Positions 28,350 through 42,081 are shown, numbered from the stretch's first letter. The stretch: 64,000 nt of DNA from the human T2T-CHM13v2.0 reference genome, Homo sapiens (GCF_009914755.1 NC_060935.1), one strand, 5' to 3'. Program-made: numbers and translations. Notes: generated by a model not told the origin, from the sequence alone.

Positions 28350-28861
28350 TGTTAGAAAGAAGGCTCAGTGTCCTAAGGAAAAATGGGCACTTAGATAAAG
28401 GATTTTTTGTAAAGCAAATTTACTTTTGTGCAGAAGGGTGTCTCCCATATGGCTGGTTGCTACTAGAGTACTTAGAACAAAGGAGAGTAGAAGTTTTTAT
28501 TTTTAACGTGACTTTTGCCTTTGTGTCTTTTCCCCAGTGGTGGGGTTGGACTGTATAATTTAAACTAGACTTGACTGGCTAAACATTTAAGCTTTTTTAA
28601 ATAAGGTAGACGTGTAATGGGAGAGAGGGGAAAGGAGGAAGGGGTCATCTGCAGCAAACTAGAGAGTCAGTCTATTTTTAAATAAGGAAAGGAATGTGAG
28701 CTGCTGTTGATAACGTCACTGTTGCTGTGGTATGCCTGGGCACGTAGTAAAGTCAGAAAGCAGTAAAGGAGAAGAAAGGTGGGGCAGTATTGGGAATTAT
28801 GGGAATTAAAGAATAAAAGGTTGAGCAGGCTGTTTGAAGAGACATCTTGCTACATCTCACA
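28350..28861 (-). mobile_element. ERV1 solo LTR, MER84-like
   Basis: Minus strand reads TGTGAGATG...tctcttcaaacagcctg...cagctcacattcctttccttattt...ttctaaCA; TSD cacct (28345-28349) / tacct (28862-28866). Confidence 0.75.
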
Positions 28862-28884
28862 TACCTCCACTCAAACCCAAGTTT

Positions 28885-29210
28885 GCTTATTTATTTATTT
28901 ATTTATTTATTTTGAGACAGAATCTTGCTCTGTCACCCTGGCTGGAGAGCAGCAGCATGATCACAGCTCACTGCAGCCTCAACCTCTCAGGCTTAAGTGA
29001 TCCCCCCACTTCAACCTCCCTACTAACTGGGACTACAGACACATGCCACCATGCCCAGCTAATTTTTTTTTTTTTTGTATATTTTGTAGAGACAGGGTTT
29101 CACCATGTTGCCCAAGCTAATCTCAAACTCCTAAGCTCACGTGATCTGCCCACTTCAGCCTCCCAAAGTGCTGGGAGCCACTGCGCCTGGCATGAGCCAC
29201 TATGCCTGGC
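28885..29210 (-). mobile_element. AluJ with duplicated 5' end
   Basis: J diagnostics; TSD tcaaacccaagttt (28871-28884) / tccaacccaagttt (29211-29224). Confidence 0.92.
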
Positions 29211-31499
29211 TCCAACCCAAGTTTAGAATTTATTGTCATTTGGTCAGGAATCACTTAGTTTAGAAAAACCTCATGAACTACAACATTGCAATGTGTTAAA
29301 TATGCTTGCATACCTTCCTTCTTTTCAACCTTACAGAGAGTAGTTAAATGCTCTATTCTTCCACATGCACATATCTTTGTTTCTGCTGCCTTTGAGCAGG
29401 AATTGAAGGATGCTCAGCTTGAGCAGCTTTTCCATAAGACATAGGGGTTTCCTGTAGCTGACCACAAAGGGCATTTACTCAGGCCAGTTCCATGTGTTAA
29501 CCAGGCCAGGCTGAATGGAAGTCCCATAGCTCCTTAGCTGCAGGTATTCTCTATCTGGACTGACAGCTGGAAGAACGTATAGCTCTCGTGCTCTGGGATT
29601 TAGGGAGCTTCAAGCGCAGCCCTGAGGGAACCAGGGAAGACTGTAAACCCAGTTCTCTCTGCATCTATTCTTTGTCTTTGAGCCTGGCTCCCTGCTGGCC
29701 TTACATGTCCTCTCCAAGGGAAGTGACAACAACAGCAGCAACAGACTCTGTTTTCTGTACACTGGACATGGCTTGAATGTCTTATGAATTAATGTTCACC
29801 CAACCTCCATTAACTTTTCATTGGCTTCTTGAGATGGTCTATCTATTTCTGTCTAGTCCATTTCTACTCATCCTTTATAGTCCTTCTCAAATTACTCTTT
29901 CTATTTTGGAAAGATTTTCTGATTATTACAAGCCCACAAACAAACCTTCTCAGGGTACCACATTTCATTACCCAATGTTGTGATTATTTTCCAAATATTT
30001 TAGGCATGACCTTTGTCTTGTCATTAAAACCTAAGCTCCCTGAAAACAGTGGGTACAACCATGTACTGAAAGGTTTACATGCCAAGAATTGTACCAAGTT
30101 CTCATAACTGCCTTTGTGAGTGAATTATTCTGTTTTATATATGCTGAACCTGAAGTTCTGAGGCTCCCTATTTCACAAAGCAAGAAAATCACAGAGCCAG
30201 TACTTAAGGCAAGCTCGCTCTGGTTGCAAAACCCTTGCTCCATCACAGTGCTACACTGCCTTTTGTATTGGAAGTTATAGACCACGTTGTATGTGCTAAT
30301 GCTTTGTGTTTCCTATGAGTTAGATATACCACCCCATTTCTGCGTGGGTTAGGGTGTGAAAATACTTTGTCAAGCAAAAAAGTGGAGTATCATCTGCTGA
30401 GCCCTGAAGGAGACATAGCAGCAAAAGACCCTGTGGAAAATAAAGCCATATAACATAACAGTCTGATCAATAAGGACAAAGGTTCTATATGGTAATGAAA
30501 TTAGAGACCATATGAATGATAGGCACTTCTTTTCTCTGTGCCATCTCCTCAGTTTCAAAGAGTATTGAATAGATGTGGCATATTTCAAACACTTCGAAGT
30601 TAGTGGTATCAATAAAAATTAGGGATGGCTAAAACATTTCTATTATTTCTAGAACTTAAGCTATCTTCACATGCAATTTCTTATTTTTATGATGTTTTAT
30701 TATCTATTATATATGAAAAGTACCATTCAGCAAAGGAGATGGCATGTAGTCTTTGCCCTTAGAGAGGACATTGGGTAATGGCGGAGATATTTTAGGAAAC
30801 ATTTGCAATGGAGTATGATGAGTATGTCAAACATGTAATAAAATACAGTCATTAAAATGAAGAAAAAAGGAATCACCTCTCTTTAAATGAGCCAAAGGAG
30901 GCTTTTGGTGGTGTTTCATAAGTTGAGCTTTAAACAATTAAAGGGCTACCAGAATTTTCCAAGAATATTCAAAACAGAAGAAATGAAACAGGAAAGTCAC
31001 CAGGACATAGAAAATCAGGGCATTCCTAGAGACATCTAAGTGGTCCCTTTCCTGTTGAATAAATACAAAAGGCCTGACATACAATAGTGAGGAATGAGGC
31101 AGAGATGTAGGTTAGGTCAAGCTGTCTACCATAAAGCTCCTAGGAAATATTTCTTAACCTGACTTGGAAAAATCCACTGAAGAACTTAAAAAAAAAATGT
31201 GTGTTTGTTACTACAGCAAGCTTTCAAGAGAGGATATAAATTGAAAAAGCTCAGGTAGAAACACAGATTGTTCAATTAGATGTACTTAGGAAAAACGCAA
31301 GTTCAGCAGTTTTTGGAACACGGGAATATGTGCATATTTAGGTGGGATAACACGAAGAACTGCAAGAGCTGAAGATGCCACAGCCTTGGGATACAAACAC
31401 TGACTCTAGAGGGTCAGGGGAGGGAGCTGAGCTTTGACTTTGCTGTTACTGGCTACAGCTACAACCAAGCAGCTGAATGCTGTTCATCATAAGTTCTTG

Positions 31500-32310
31500 C
31501 ATTAATTTTCGAGTATTTATTAAGCCATGTGCCAGACCTTGTTTTAGGTTCTGGGAATACAATAGTGATCAGAAAAATTTCCCTGCCTCATGCATGGAAC
31601 CCTCACTCTAGTAGGAAGAAAAAAAATAATACATATATAAGCAAGAATATAAGAAGATAAGTACCATGGAACAAAATCAAAAGAAATAATGGAGCGCAAT
31701 GAAGAAAAATAAGTGCCATGGAGAAAAATAAAACATGGAAGGGGACTAGGAGTGGAAGTGAGTGAAATACAATTTACATAAAATGTTCAGGAAAGCCTTC
31801 TCCGATAAGATGGTGTTTGCATGGAGACCTACAGGAACTAAAAGAATGAGGTCAGGCATGGTGGCTCATGCCTGTAATTCCAACACTTCCTTCAATACAT
31901 GCAGGCAAGATTGTTTGAGCCCAGGAGTTCAATACCAACCTGGGCAATATAGCAAGACCTCATCTCTATAGAAAACTTTAAAAAATAGCCAAGCGTGGTG
32001 GTGCATGCCTGCAGTCCCAGCTACTTGGAAAGCTGAAGTGAGCAGATAATTTCAGCCTGGGACGTGGAGGCTGCAGTGAGCTGTGATTGCATCATGGCAC
32101 TCGAGCCTGAGTGATGGAGCAAGACTCTGTCTCAAAAAAAAAAAAAAAAAAGAATGAGCTGTGAAGCTATCTGGAGAAAGAACCTCATGTTTCATGTGTC
32201 TGAGAATCAGTTAGGAGGTCTGTGTGGCCCAGAAGGATGGGTGAAGAGGATAAGTGGTAAAGATGAGATCAAGAGGTGTTAAGACCAATGCAGATAGGAC
32301 CTCAGAGGAC
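31500..32310 (-). mobile_element. L2 (L2a-like), interrupted by an Alu
   Basis: gtatttattaagccatgtgccagaccttgttttaggttctgggaatacaatagtga...caggaaagccttctccgataagatggtgtttg. Confidence 0.8.
31851..32147 (+). mobile_element. AluJ
   Basis: tttgagcccaggagttc, ggaggctgcagtgagctgtgattg; TSD aaaagaatgag (31840-31850, 32148-32158). Confidence 0.93.
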
Positions 32311-32407
32311 AGGTGACCATACAGCCTGGTTTACCTGCCTCAGAACCTTCCCACTTACTGGGTTCTCCACCTACAGAGTTCATACCCCTGTCTTTCCATG
32401 GTAGCTC

Positions 32408-32797
32408 TGTCCATTTTCACACTGGTATAAAGAAGTACCCAAGACTGGGTGATTTATAAAGGAAAGAAGTTTAATTGGCTCACAGTTCCACATGCCTGGG
32501 GAGGCCTCAGGAAACTTACAATCATGGCTGAAGGTGAAGGGAAAGCAAGCACCTTCGTGCTGCCGACCTTAGTTGGCAGGAAAGAGAAGCACAAAGGAGG
32601 AACTTCCAAACACTAATTAATATGACAGAACTCGTGCAAACTCACTTACTATTACAAGAATAGCATGGGGGAAACCATCTTCAAGATCCAATCACTTCTT
32701 TCCCTCAACACATGGGAATTACAAGTCCCTCCCTCAACACATGGGGACTACAGTTCAAGATGAGATTTAGGTGGGCACATAGAGCGAAACCATATCA
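32408..32797 (-). mobile_element. MaLR solo LTR, THE1D/MSTA-like
   Basis: gactgggtgatttataaaggaaagaagtttaattggctcacagttcc...gaaaccatatca; 5-bp TSD agctc (32403-32407, 32798-32802). Confidence 0.9.
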
Positions 32798-32802
32798 AGC
32801 TC

Positions 32803-33113
32803 CTTCTTATCACTGAGGTATCAACTCAAGTGTCATCTGCTTAGGTGCCTCTCCTGACTGCTAAATCTAAAGTGCACCCTCCCCTTCCATAGCTCTCTGC
32901 CGTATTATTCAGTTTTATTTATAAAAATAAGAGATACCATGATAAGAGGTACCTGAAATAAACCAACATGTTTCTTGTCTGTCTCCCCTAACTACAGTGT
33001 AAATGCCAGTAAGTAGTGATCTTATCTGTCTTGCTTTCAGCTGTATGCCAGCCCCTAGATTAGTGCTCAGCACAGAAATGATACTCAATACATATTTGGT
33101 GAATAAAAGTATG
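32803..33113 (+). mobile_element. L2 3' end
   Basis: tcaactcaagtgtcatc...gtctgtctcccct...cccctagattagtgctcagcacag...ctcaatacatatttggtgaataaa. Confidence 0.8.
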
Positions 33114-34378
33114 AGTTGCATTTCTTCCAGCCTTTGTCCATCATCCTCAGAATAGGGCATCCTCACCTCACTCCTGCATTCCTTTAATATCTGCCTTAGC
33201 TGGCTTCCCTAACTCCAGTGCCTTGTTCTCCTGAGGAGCTTGATCACCACTTTTACCACATCACAATTCAGCAATTCTGTATCAGCCCATAATAACACCC
33301 TATTTCCAATCACAACAATTTTTTAGAATGTTTGGCATTTCCCGACTTACTGTTCTTGTCCAACTCTACTTCTTCCTATTCCTACACAGACCCTTTCCTC
33401 TATGTAGGTCAGCATCTTTAGTCCCCTCCCAACTGCCACACTCATTACCTTCTCTACACTTAAGTGTCTATGGTGCTGTTTCCCAAGACTCTTCTCCGCT
33501 TGCTCAAATTGAACCCATCCTTCAAAGCCCAGGTCACGCCATCTCTTCTTTTGGACTACTCCAAGCACTGCTGATGTCCCTTTACCATATAACTTAGCAC
33601 AAGGATTGGAGCTCAGTTTTATAACATTTGTTAGTGTTTGCTTGGAATGTGGTGTTGAGAAAGACTCTAAGTCTCAGAGGGGAAAAGAATGTCATGATTG
33701 ATTAGCAATGTCTGCCAGTAGGCCTACGGGGACAGAGAGACACTTACTTAGCTATTACTAATGGGTTTCTGGGCATCAGTCCATATAATCTCTTGTGAGT
33801 GTGGCAAATATATTACATTATTTCCATCACCCAGTCTTTTCTTAGTACAGAGACATGGAATGACTTGAATCCTGAAGTTAGGAAAAGTTCTGAATAACTC
33901 CTCCAACCCCCTCCTAACTTCAAGTCAGAGCGCAACTGCACTGTCTTACCTGGCTTTATTTATGCACTTTTCAACTCCCTTCTCCCTGACAAAGGGAGAA
34001 ATAGTTCTAGGTACCAGTTGTTGATTGCTCACTTTTTTTTACTCCCAAGCCTGCACTGCAAAAATATCCATTCCAGCTCTACTAGCAATTGCATTTGCCC
34101 CTTTCATACTCCAATACAGACATTCATTTTTGTCTAGTCGTTACCAAAATTGTCATCTAAATGGTAAATTTCCTGAGACTGAAGTATGTCTCTACATCCC
34201 ACCCCAACTACAACACTTCGTACCCAGGATGCAACTGAGATCAAAGTAGTTGCTTACTATGGGTTGAACAAAAAGGAGAGGCACACTACTTTCTTAGGAT
34301 TCTACATCTTATGAAGCATTTTCTCACGGCACAAAGGGGAGAAGATTCTGGAATATTCCACCATTCACAATTAACTAA

Positions 34379-34771
<393 letters not shown>

Positions 34772-35749
34772 CAGATTTCTAATAGCAACAATCACTTTAG
34801 TCTGAAGATTTTGTTAGAGTTAAAAGCCAGAAAAATAAATATTTGTCAAAGCAAGAAAATATCAGGAAATTTCCACATACCATTAGTTGACAATTCAGTT
34901 AGACCTGAGGCTCTTTATCCACCTGATTTTCTTTTTTCTTTTTAATCTGAAAAAAACGCAATATCCCAGTTTAACTTCATAACCTGGCTTTAATCCTGGA
35001 CACTCACTTACCTCCCTGGATTCTAGCTCCCTCAGCTGTCAATGCAGGCAGTAGGGAGAGAGATACATTTACTGTTTCTTCCAGCTTTAAAGTTCATGAT
35101 CCATCATCTAAATTGATATTTTAAGTATTGAATCCGCAAAATGAAATTATTTCAATTAATATTTAATACAGAAAGTATTTTGTGATGAAGGGCCTAGCTT
35201 GGATATTAAACATTTGGAGGAAGCATTTGGCTATTTTAGAGCCTGTAGTTTAATCAGCCTACCTACCTACACTTTTGGAAAACAGTCTATAACTACAGAA
35301 TTAGGGAGATTGAATTTGATCACAATTCCAACTGCCACTTATAGTCTTTGCCAGAGCAAAGTGGCTTTTTACAATTTCGCTGTCTTCTCATTCCAAATGC
35401 AGTTTCAAAACCGGCAACGTCAGAGCTGCCACTGCAGTTGGAGATTTTTTTTATCAAATGAGCCAACCTTAAGTGTCCCCTCAGTCCCTCACTTCTTCAT
35501 TTGCTCATTTAATTATTCTTACTTTCTGCCTCTGCCTTCTTCAGGTGCTTGTAATCAAAAAAGCCTGTATGGTTGCCCTGTTCTCTACCCAAATATTTCT
35601 CTATGTAATATACTTTCCTGAGCACTCAGGGCTCATGACCTCTTCCTATTGTAACAAGATGGCTTCCTTAATTGAAAGAAGTCTGGGATTCTCCAGCTTT
35701 CTCTTTTGAAAGATAAGCCAATCATATTACATTTTCATGAATGCATCAT

Positions 35750-36112
35750 ATCTTTGTCCTCTTGCAGTTTCCTCTGCCTGAAACAACACGTCTCCAACTG
35801 TTGGCATAGCTAAATTCTTATCTCTCACATTGCAACCCACATATTCCTATCTCCATGAGGCCTTTGCTGATCCCCACCTCTCCAACAACTGCCATACTCT
35901 ATTATCTTCTTACATATTTCCAAAATAACTTTAACAATTACATCATGCTTGAAATCAGTTTTTCAATATCTGTAATAAATCCTAGACTATAACTGTACAA
36001 GATCGGGGACTATGTATATCTTATTTATCAGCTCATCATGATCCAGAGAATCTAGAACTATGCCTGCTGCCAAGGGGTCCTCAGTAAATATAATATAAAT
36101 GAATAAATGGAA
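35750..36112 (+). mobile_element. L2 3' end
   Basis: gcagtttcctctgcctgaaac...ctagactataactg...ggggactatgt...ctcagtaaatat...aatgaataaatg. Confidence 0.75.
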
Positions 36113-36249
36113 GGTAGAAACGAGAGATAGAGAGGGGAAGAGATAGAGAATGGGTGGGTCTGACACCGTCTTAAGGTGTTACCTTCCCCTTGAGTTCTCT
36201 GGCTTTGATCACTCCTGCTATCACCAGCCACCATGATACTCCTAGAAAT

Positions 36250-36450
36250 GGGAGGCAGGATGCTTTTGTGTGGAAAGACCACGGTTTAAATCCAAGTTCT
36301 TCCATTTACTAACTCTAGGATTTGAGCAAGTTACCTAGCCTGGCTAAACCTGATTCTTTATTTAGAATATACTTTGCAGGGTTGCTGTGAGGATAAAATG
36401 AGATCATGTCTAAAAAAGTACATGATGGTTGCTCAATAAATATTAATTAC
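36250..36450 (+). mobile_element. MIR SINE
   Basis: ccatttactaactct...ttgagcaagttacc...cagggttgctgtgaggataaaatgagat...gctcaataaat. Confidence 0.8.
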
Positions 36451-37377
36451 TTTCCATCTCCACTCTCCCCCACCTCCCACCCTAAGTGTGCTGCTGTTCC
36501 TTTAACACTTTGGCTCAAGTGTGGACAAAAACATCTTCTCTTGGAACCACATCTGACACAGACTGGCACTTTACTAATTGCTAAGAGAAAAACAAAATAT
36601 AATTAAATATAGAGAGCAGTGGCAGTATAAAAGCAGTATGGCTTCCTCCTGATAGAGTTTAGCTTCCAGTATAGCTACTATTTTTTCAGATTCAAAGGCC
36701 CTGCTGTATTCTAAATGAGATCCTAAAGGGAAAGAGATCCTATGGGGCAAACTATTTTCTTTCATTCACCTGTTCATTTATTCAGTAACTATTGTTTGCG
36801 TCCTAATTATCAGGGAATTAGTGCAGACCCCTAGTTTGTATAACATGTAGCATCTTAGACAGAAGGAAAAAAAACATCAGTCCAGAGACTGAAAAAAAAC
36901 CATGCAGGAAAATGAGGGTAAAATTGTGTTCCTCACGGTAGGAAGGTAACGTTACCAGATCTTAGGGAGGCAAAAAAAAAGCAAGAAACTCAGCTAAATT
37001 TGAAAAATAGCTAATTGCTGTATTTTTCTATAAAAGCTGAAATAAGGACATTTAAATATCCTGACAAAATCATTGTAAGATACAAGTCAAAATCATTACA
37101 TACAGGACATGTCCAGTATACACAGAATACCTGGTTAACCTACCCCAAGAGGCAGAGCCCACAATTAAAGGCTAAGTTGTACACTTAACATGAGGTTTGA
37201 GAAGAGCCTTTGATCAAGGGAGGAGACTTCAACCATTGCCAGACATACCATATGCAGAGGGTGCCAAGGCTAGACTAGACAGAGGAGGACTGGGGAGAGC
37301 TGAGGATGGTAGGGAAGGGTGGTCCCAGGAGCTGGCAGGACCAAAACAGATTATAAGCCAGATGCAAAGAGAAGAAG

Positions 37378-37472
37378 AAACCCGCAAGACCAAGAAGGGG
37401 GTCAGAGAGCAGCTACCTGTGCAAAACCTGCAAGACCAAGAAGGGGGTCAGAGAGCAGCTACTTGTGCAAAA
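37378..37472. repeat. Tandem duplication, period 46 bp, 2 copies
   Basis: aaacc[c/t]gcaagaccaagaagggggtcagagagcagctac[c/t]tgtgca twice, 2 mismatches. Confidence 0.95.
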
Positions 37473-38224
37473 AGGTGCTATCAAACTACTTAGCAGCTGG
37501 TAAGCAGACACCAAGCAACTAGAATGGATACAGTCCTGGAGGCCCTTTGCCATGACAAGGAATAATTCTTAAGTTGCTGGACCTTGAAAAGGTTGAGGAG
37601 ATCCTGGAGAGGGTCTGTGGTGGCCAGGGTGCACATGCATGGGGTCATTTAAGGAGCTAAGGGCAGAAATATAATATTTTCCCCTGGAAAATATGTATTT
37701 TAGTATTTTTAAAACAAGCATAGCAATTTTATCGTGTACCAGAAAATATGAGACCTGCCCCAGTCAGTTCTCAGAAGGGACAATCTACCCTCAAGGCTCA
37801 GAAACTGGCTCTGGCACTTATTCTGAGCCCTGCTGATTGTAGCCTGGAGTTTCTAACTGTTAAACATTTGTGGAGGGTACTTGAGCTGACTTTCTAAAGG
37901 GCATCTAGTATCTTTTGCGGTTAGGGGAGAGGCTGGGATAGAAGCCAGAAAAATATACATTAAGCCTCTCTCACTTATCTCACATCTACCTTTCCATTTG
38001 GCAAGGATAAAATCAACATCTCCTCTCTTGGACTAAAAACTCCAAGAGGAAAGATACTGAGGCAAGTAAACATAACTATAATATCAGGTATAATATGGAA
38101 AACAGCATCACACAGGAAGAGTTTAAGTAATATTGGTGGTCATCTGTTTATTCAACATGCATTTGTTTTTAACATCCACCCTGTGACAGGCATTGTGCTG
38201 TGCCATGGGATAATAATTTTAAAA

Positions 38225-38450
38225 ATATAATGCTAGCTCTCACTTAGTGAATGCTTCATTTGTACAATTCTATGCTGTGTACTTTATACACATGTCCTCC
38301 ATTAATCTTTAAAACTTCTCTGCAAGGGTGTATCATTATGCCCATTTTACAGATGAGCTAGCTGAAATTCAGATAGTTTAAGTAACTGCCACAAAATGAA
38401 CTGCTGGTAAGTGACAGAGTCAGGACTTGAACCCAGGTGTGTCTGACTAC
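38225..38450 (-). mobile_element. MIR SINE nested in an L2 remnant (about 38140-38660)
   Basis: attatgcccattttacagatgag...gtaagtgacagagtcaggacttgaacccaggtgtgtctgact. Confidence 0.85.
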
Positions 38451-39194
38451 AAAAAAAAAAATCTGTCTTAAAAGAACCTACCTTATAACAAAGGAGAAAA
38501 ACTCATAAAGAAACAATAATAGTGTAGAGGGATGAGGGTTCTGATAGAGGGAAGTGCAGTGTACACAGGCGCCAAAAAGTGAGCATCTGGTCCAGTCTGG
38601 GGGTATCAAGAACAGCTTCTCAATACACCCTCAGAGAAGGTGACATTTGATCCGGTCCTTAGTCCCAGATGATTCTCAAATCATTCCAAAATAAATGGCA
38701 GCAACTATACACACTGACTAATTTCTTTAGATATACCAGAGGCAAAGCACTTAAGAAATGATTACATCATTGGAGAATTTCAACAAATTGACAACAAGAC
38801 AGGGTAATAGGAAAAATTTAAATCTCGATAAACAACTTAAAAGTGTAATGCGGCACATGGTGAGTCTCCCAATTATTATCATATATCCTGTCAGGGTGAT
38901 TGATGCTACGGAACATAATTCTGCTGAAATACTATCTGTCTTGTCAAAAAGACAAGTTGTAGCTGCCATTGGGTAGCTGTGTGATGCCTGGCATCCCAAA
39001 GGAAAGAGAGTAGGTGCTAATTTGTAGGAATGGTAAGAATGGCATAAGCTTCTGAGAAATAAATAGTTACTAAATGAAGGACTCACCTTAGAACACTGCT
39101 TTGGGGTTCTGAGTGTTTATCCATCCAGCAGAAGAAGATAACCCTAAAAATAGATGGTGGAAGGGTCAACTGTTTTCAGTAACTGCTTGGTGAA

Positions 39195-39390
39195 AGGACA
39201 GCAGAGCAGAGCAGTATGAGCACCAGGCAAAGTCTCAAAGACTGAACTTCTCATTCCAGATCTCCTACTAGATGGCACTGTGATCTTGGGCAATTGCCTT
39301 AACCTTCTGGATCTGTTCCTCCTCTCTAAAAAGAATCCAGTACCAGGGCTTCATTATCTGTAATATTCTTTCTATCTCTAAACTATAAGC
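39195..39390 (+). mobile_element. MIR/MIR3
   Basis: ctgtgatcttgggcaattgccttaaccttctggatctgttcctc. Confidence 0.65.
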
Positions 39391-40777
39391 TATTCAAGAG
39401 GCAGAATTCAGAATTAGTATTAGAAGAATCATTTACCTAAGAAAGAAACTAGGAAAACCCTTTGTTCTTTGCCTTGAGGTGGTCCATTTAGAGTAATAAT
39501 TCCCTTTAGAAGACTATGTTTCATGACAAAGAATTGATTTTTTACCCTTTTCTCACAAACCAGAAAAGATTAATCAAGGCAAATGGCATCTTCTAGACTT
39601 TCCACCCGATTCCACATCCTTCAGTACTAAATGAAATTATGTAAATAATTTCACCACAGAACCTGGCTCTTAGTGGCTGCTCAATAAATATTATTTATTC
39701 CTGCTTTCTCTAAGGGTGTTGGGTATCTAATATTTACTGCATTGTTGAACTTGTCCATTTGAAGTAGATATTCTTTAGTCTCTGGTTAAAATTATAACTA
39801 GAGATACAGGGAATTTGTTCCTTACCAGAGATCTCCACTCAGCTAAAGAGATCTACTTTGCCAGTGACTCTTAGGTTGGCCAACATTGGCCTCCTACAAG
39901 ACCCTCCAAAATTTCACTCCACATCTCTTTCTGAGTTCCAAAAATTTTGAGAAATAGAACCAAGAGTAAATCAGAAGTATTAAACATACCAAAAAGCATA
40001 AAATACGATCTATAAATAGAAGAAATGAAGAGAGGATAAAGGAAGCAGTTAAAGACTTTAAAAGTTATAAATATCAAAAAATTAAGGGAAAAAATAAACA
40101 TAATAAGGAAATAAATGCGCTATATAAAAAAAAACACATGGAACTTTTAGAACTGCAAAATACACTTCTACAATGACAATTTTATTGGATGGGCTTATGA
40201 TCAGATTAGATGTTGCATAAAAAGGGATCAGTAAATTTGAAACATAGCAATAGCAAAAAGCCAAACTATAGAGCAAAGAAGAAAAAAAAAATTTTAAAGC
40301 CATGGACTCAGTGACCTAGGGAACAATAGGAAGCTATCTACGACACATAAGTTGCATCTCTGAAGGGAGAAGGAGGAAGGAGTGTGGAAAAATAGGCAGA
40401 AAAAAAAAGTTTTGGGTAATAATACCTGAAATTTTTTCTAATTTGATAAACTATAAACCTATATATTAAAGAAACTCACTGAAACCCATGAAGGATATAC
40501 CCCAAGAAAACCACACCAAGGTATGTCATAAATTAGCATAAGTTCAGCAAAGCCTACTGCAAATTAGTGATAAAGACATAATCTTAAAAGCAGTCAGAGG
40601 AAAAAAGACACATTATATTGAGAAGGAGAAAATATATAAGACTACAGTATTCTCTTCAGAACAATGGAAACAAAGAAGATAAAGTGCTGAAATAAAACAA
40701 CCAATGAACAAATAATAAACTTGCTAACCTAAAATTCTATAACCAGCAAAAGAATCCTTCAAAAATTGAGTTAGGAC

Positions 40778-41759
40778 TTTTTTTCAAAAAATTCTACTTT
40801 TGTTTTAGATTCAGAGGGTACATGTACAGGTTTATTATGTGGGTATACTGCATGATGCTGAGTTTGGGGGTATGTGGTATTATGATTATACACTGGTTTT
40901 CGTCCATGGTTTCCAGCTCATAACTCTCATAGCCCTTTTTACAATCTTTTATTATAAGTTTGGGTATGTTAAGTCTCAGGGGCAGGCCTCTGATCTGCCC
41001 TCCCTTCACCTGCCCCAAAGCAGGACTCTAATGTTCCTCTGCCTTTCTGATTGTGGATCTTAAGACCTTCTCATGAGAAGGTCCCACCCTACAGCCTGAG
41101 GAAAGAAATGCTTCCATAAAAACCCAAGAGGACAGGGTTCAGTGAGATTCTGGATAGCTGAACACATGGATGTTCCTGGAGGGTGGCACACCTAGGGAGG
41201 ACATGGAAGCTCCACGCCCCTTCTTCCATACCTCACCTTATGCGTCTCTTTATTTGTGTCCTTTGCAATATCCTTTATGATAAACAGGTAAATGTCAGTG
41301 TTTCCTTGAGTTTTGTGAGCTGCTCCAGCAAATTAATTGAACCCAAAGAGGGAGCACCCCAACTTGAAGCCAGTCAGGCAGAAGTTCTAGAGACTTGTGA
41401 CAGGGGTGGTGGGACAGAGGGATAGTCTTGGGGACTGAGCCCTCCACCTATGGGATCTGACACCATCTCTGGGTAGATAGTGTCAGAACTGAATTACAGG
41501 ACACCCAGCTGGTGCCTGCTGTTTGGTGTGTGGGGAAAAATCCCGACACATGTGGTCACAGAAGTCTTCTATGTTGATGATTCTTATGGTATGGGAGTAC
41601 AGGAAGAACACAGGTAGAGAGAGTTTTTCTCTAAACAGGGTACAATTGATCCCATCACCCAAGGAGTGAGAATAGTACACAGGTAGTTTTTCAACCTTTG
41701 CCTCCCTTCCTTTCTCCTCCATCTATTTGTCCCCAGTGTCTACTGTTCCCAACTTTATG
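40778..41759 (-). mobile_element. Short L1PA13-17-type 3' end, split by MER21
   Basis: ttttagattcagagggtacatgtacaggttt...catgatgctgagtttgggggta | caattgatcccatcacccaagg; TSD gagttagg (40768-40775, 41760-41767). Confidence 0.85.
40873..41637 (+). mobile_element. MER21 (A/B-like) solo LTR
   Basis: tgtggtattatgatt...gttcctggagggtggcacacctagggaggacatggaagctcc...ctaaaca; perfect 5-bp TSD gggta (40868-40872, 41638-41642). Confidence 0.9.
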
Positions 41760-42081
41760 GAGTTAGGTTATTTTTAATAAAGTTAAGGTTGAGAGAATGT
41801 ATTGTTAGAAAATGTGCATGTCAAAGAATTTGAAAGGATGTTTATTAGGAACACAATATTATCATTATTTTATATCAGTAGGGAAATGACATAATGTGTT
41901 AAAAATGTAAATATATGGGTAAATAGAAATGATTTTTCTACATTTTTTATTTTAAAAATATATAATTGACTATTTAGAACAACGATAATAATGTAATGGG
42001 GGATTAGGACAATGTAGACGTAAAACAAATGACAGTAACACAAAGATGGGGATGGAGAAAAATGGAAGTATACTGTGATAA

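Noticed and set aside
32700-32755. Duplicated tccctcaacacatggg..taca in the THE1D/MSTA-like LTR
   Set aside because: I recall this duplication in other copies of the family, so it is probably not locus-specific.
33600-33730. Possible old hAT fragment; also a Blackjack-like stretch at about 36940-37142
   Set aside because: Too diverged to name or bound with confidence.
37197-37522. Overlapping ORFs sharing a peptide
   Set aside because: Artefact of the 46-bp tandem duplication read in two frames.
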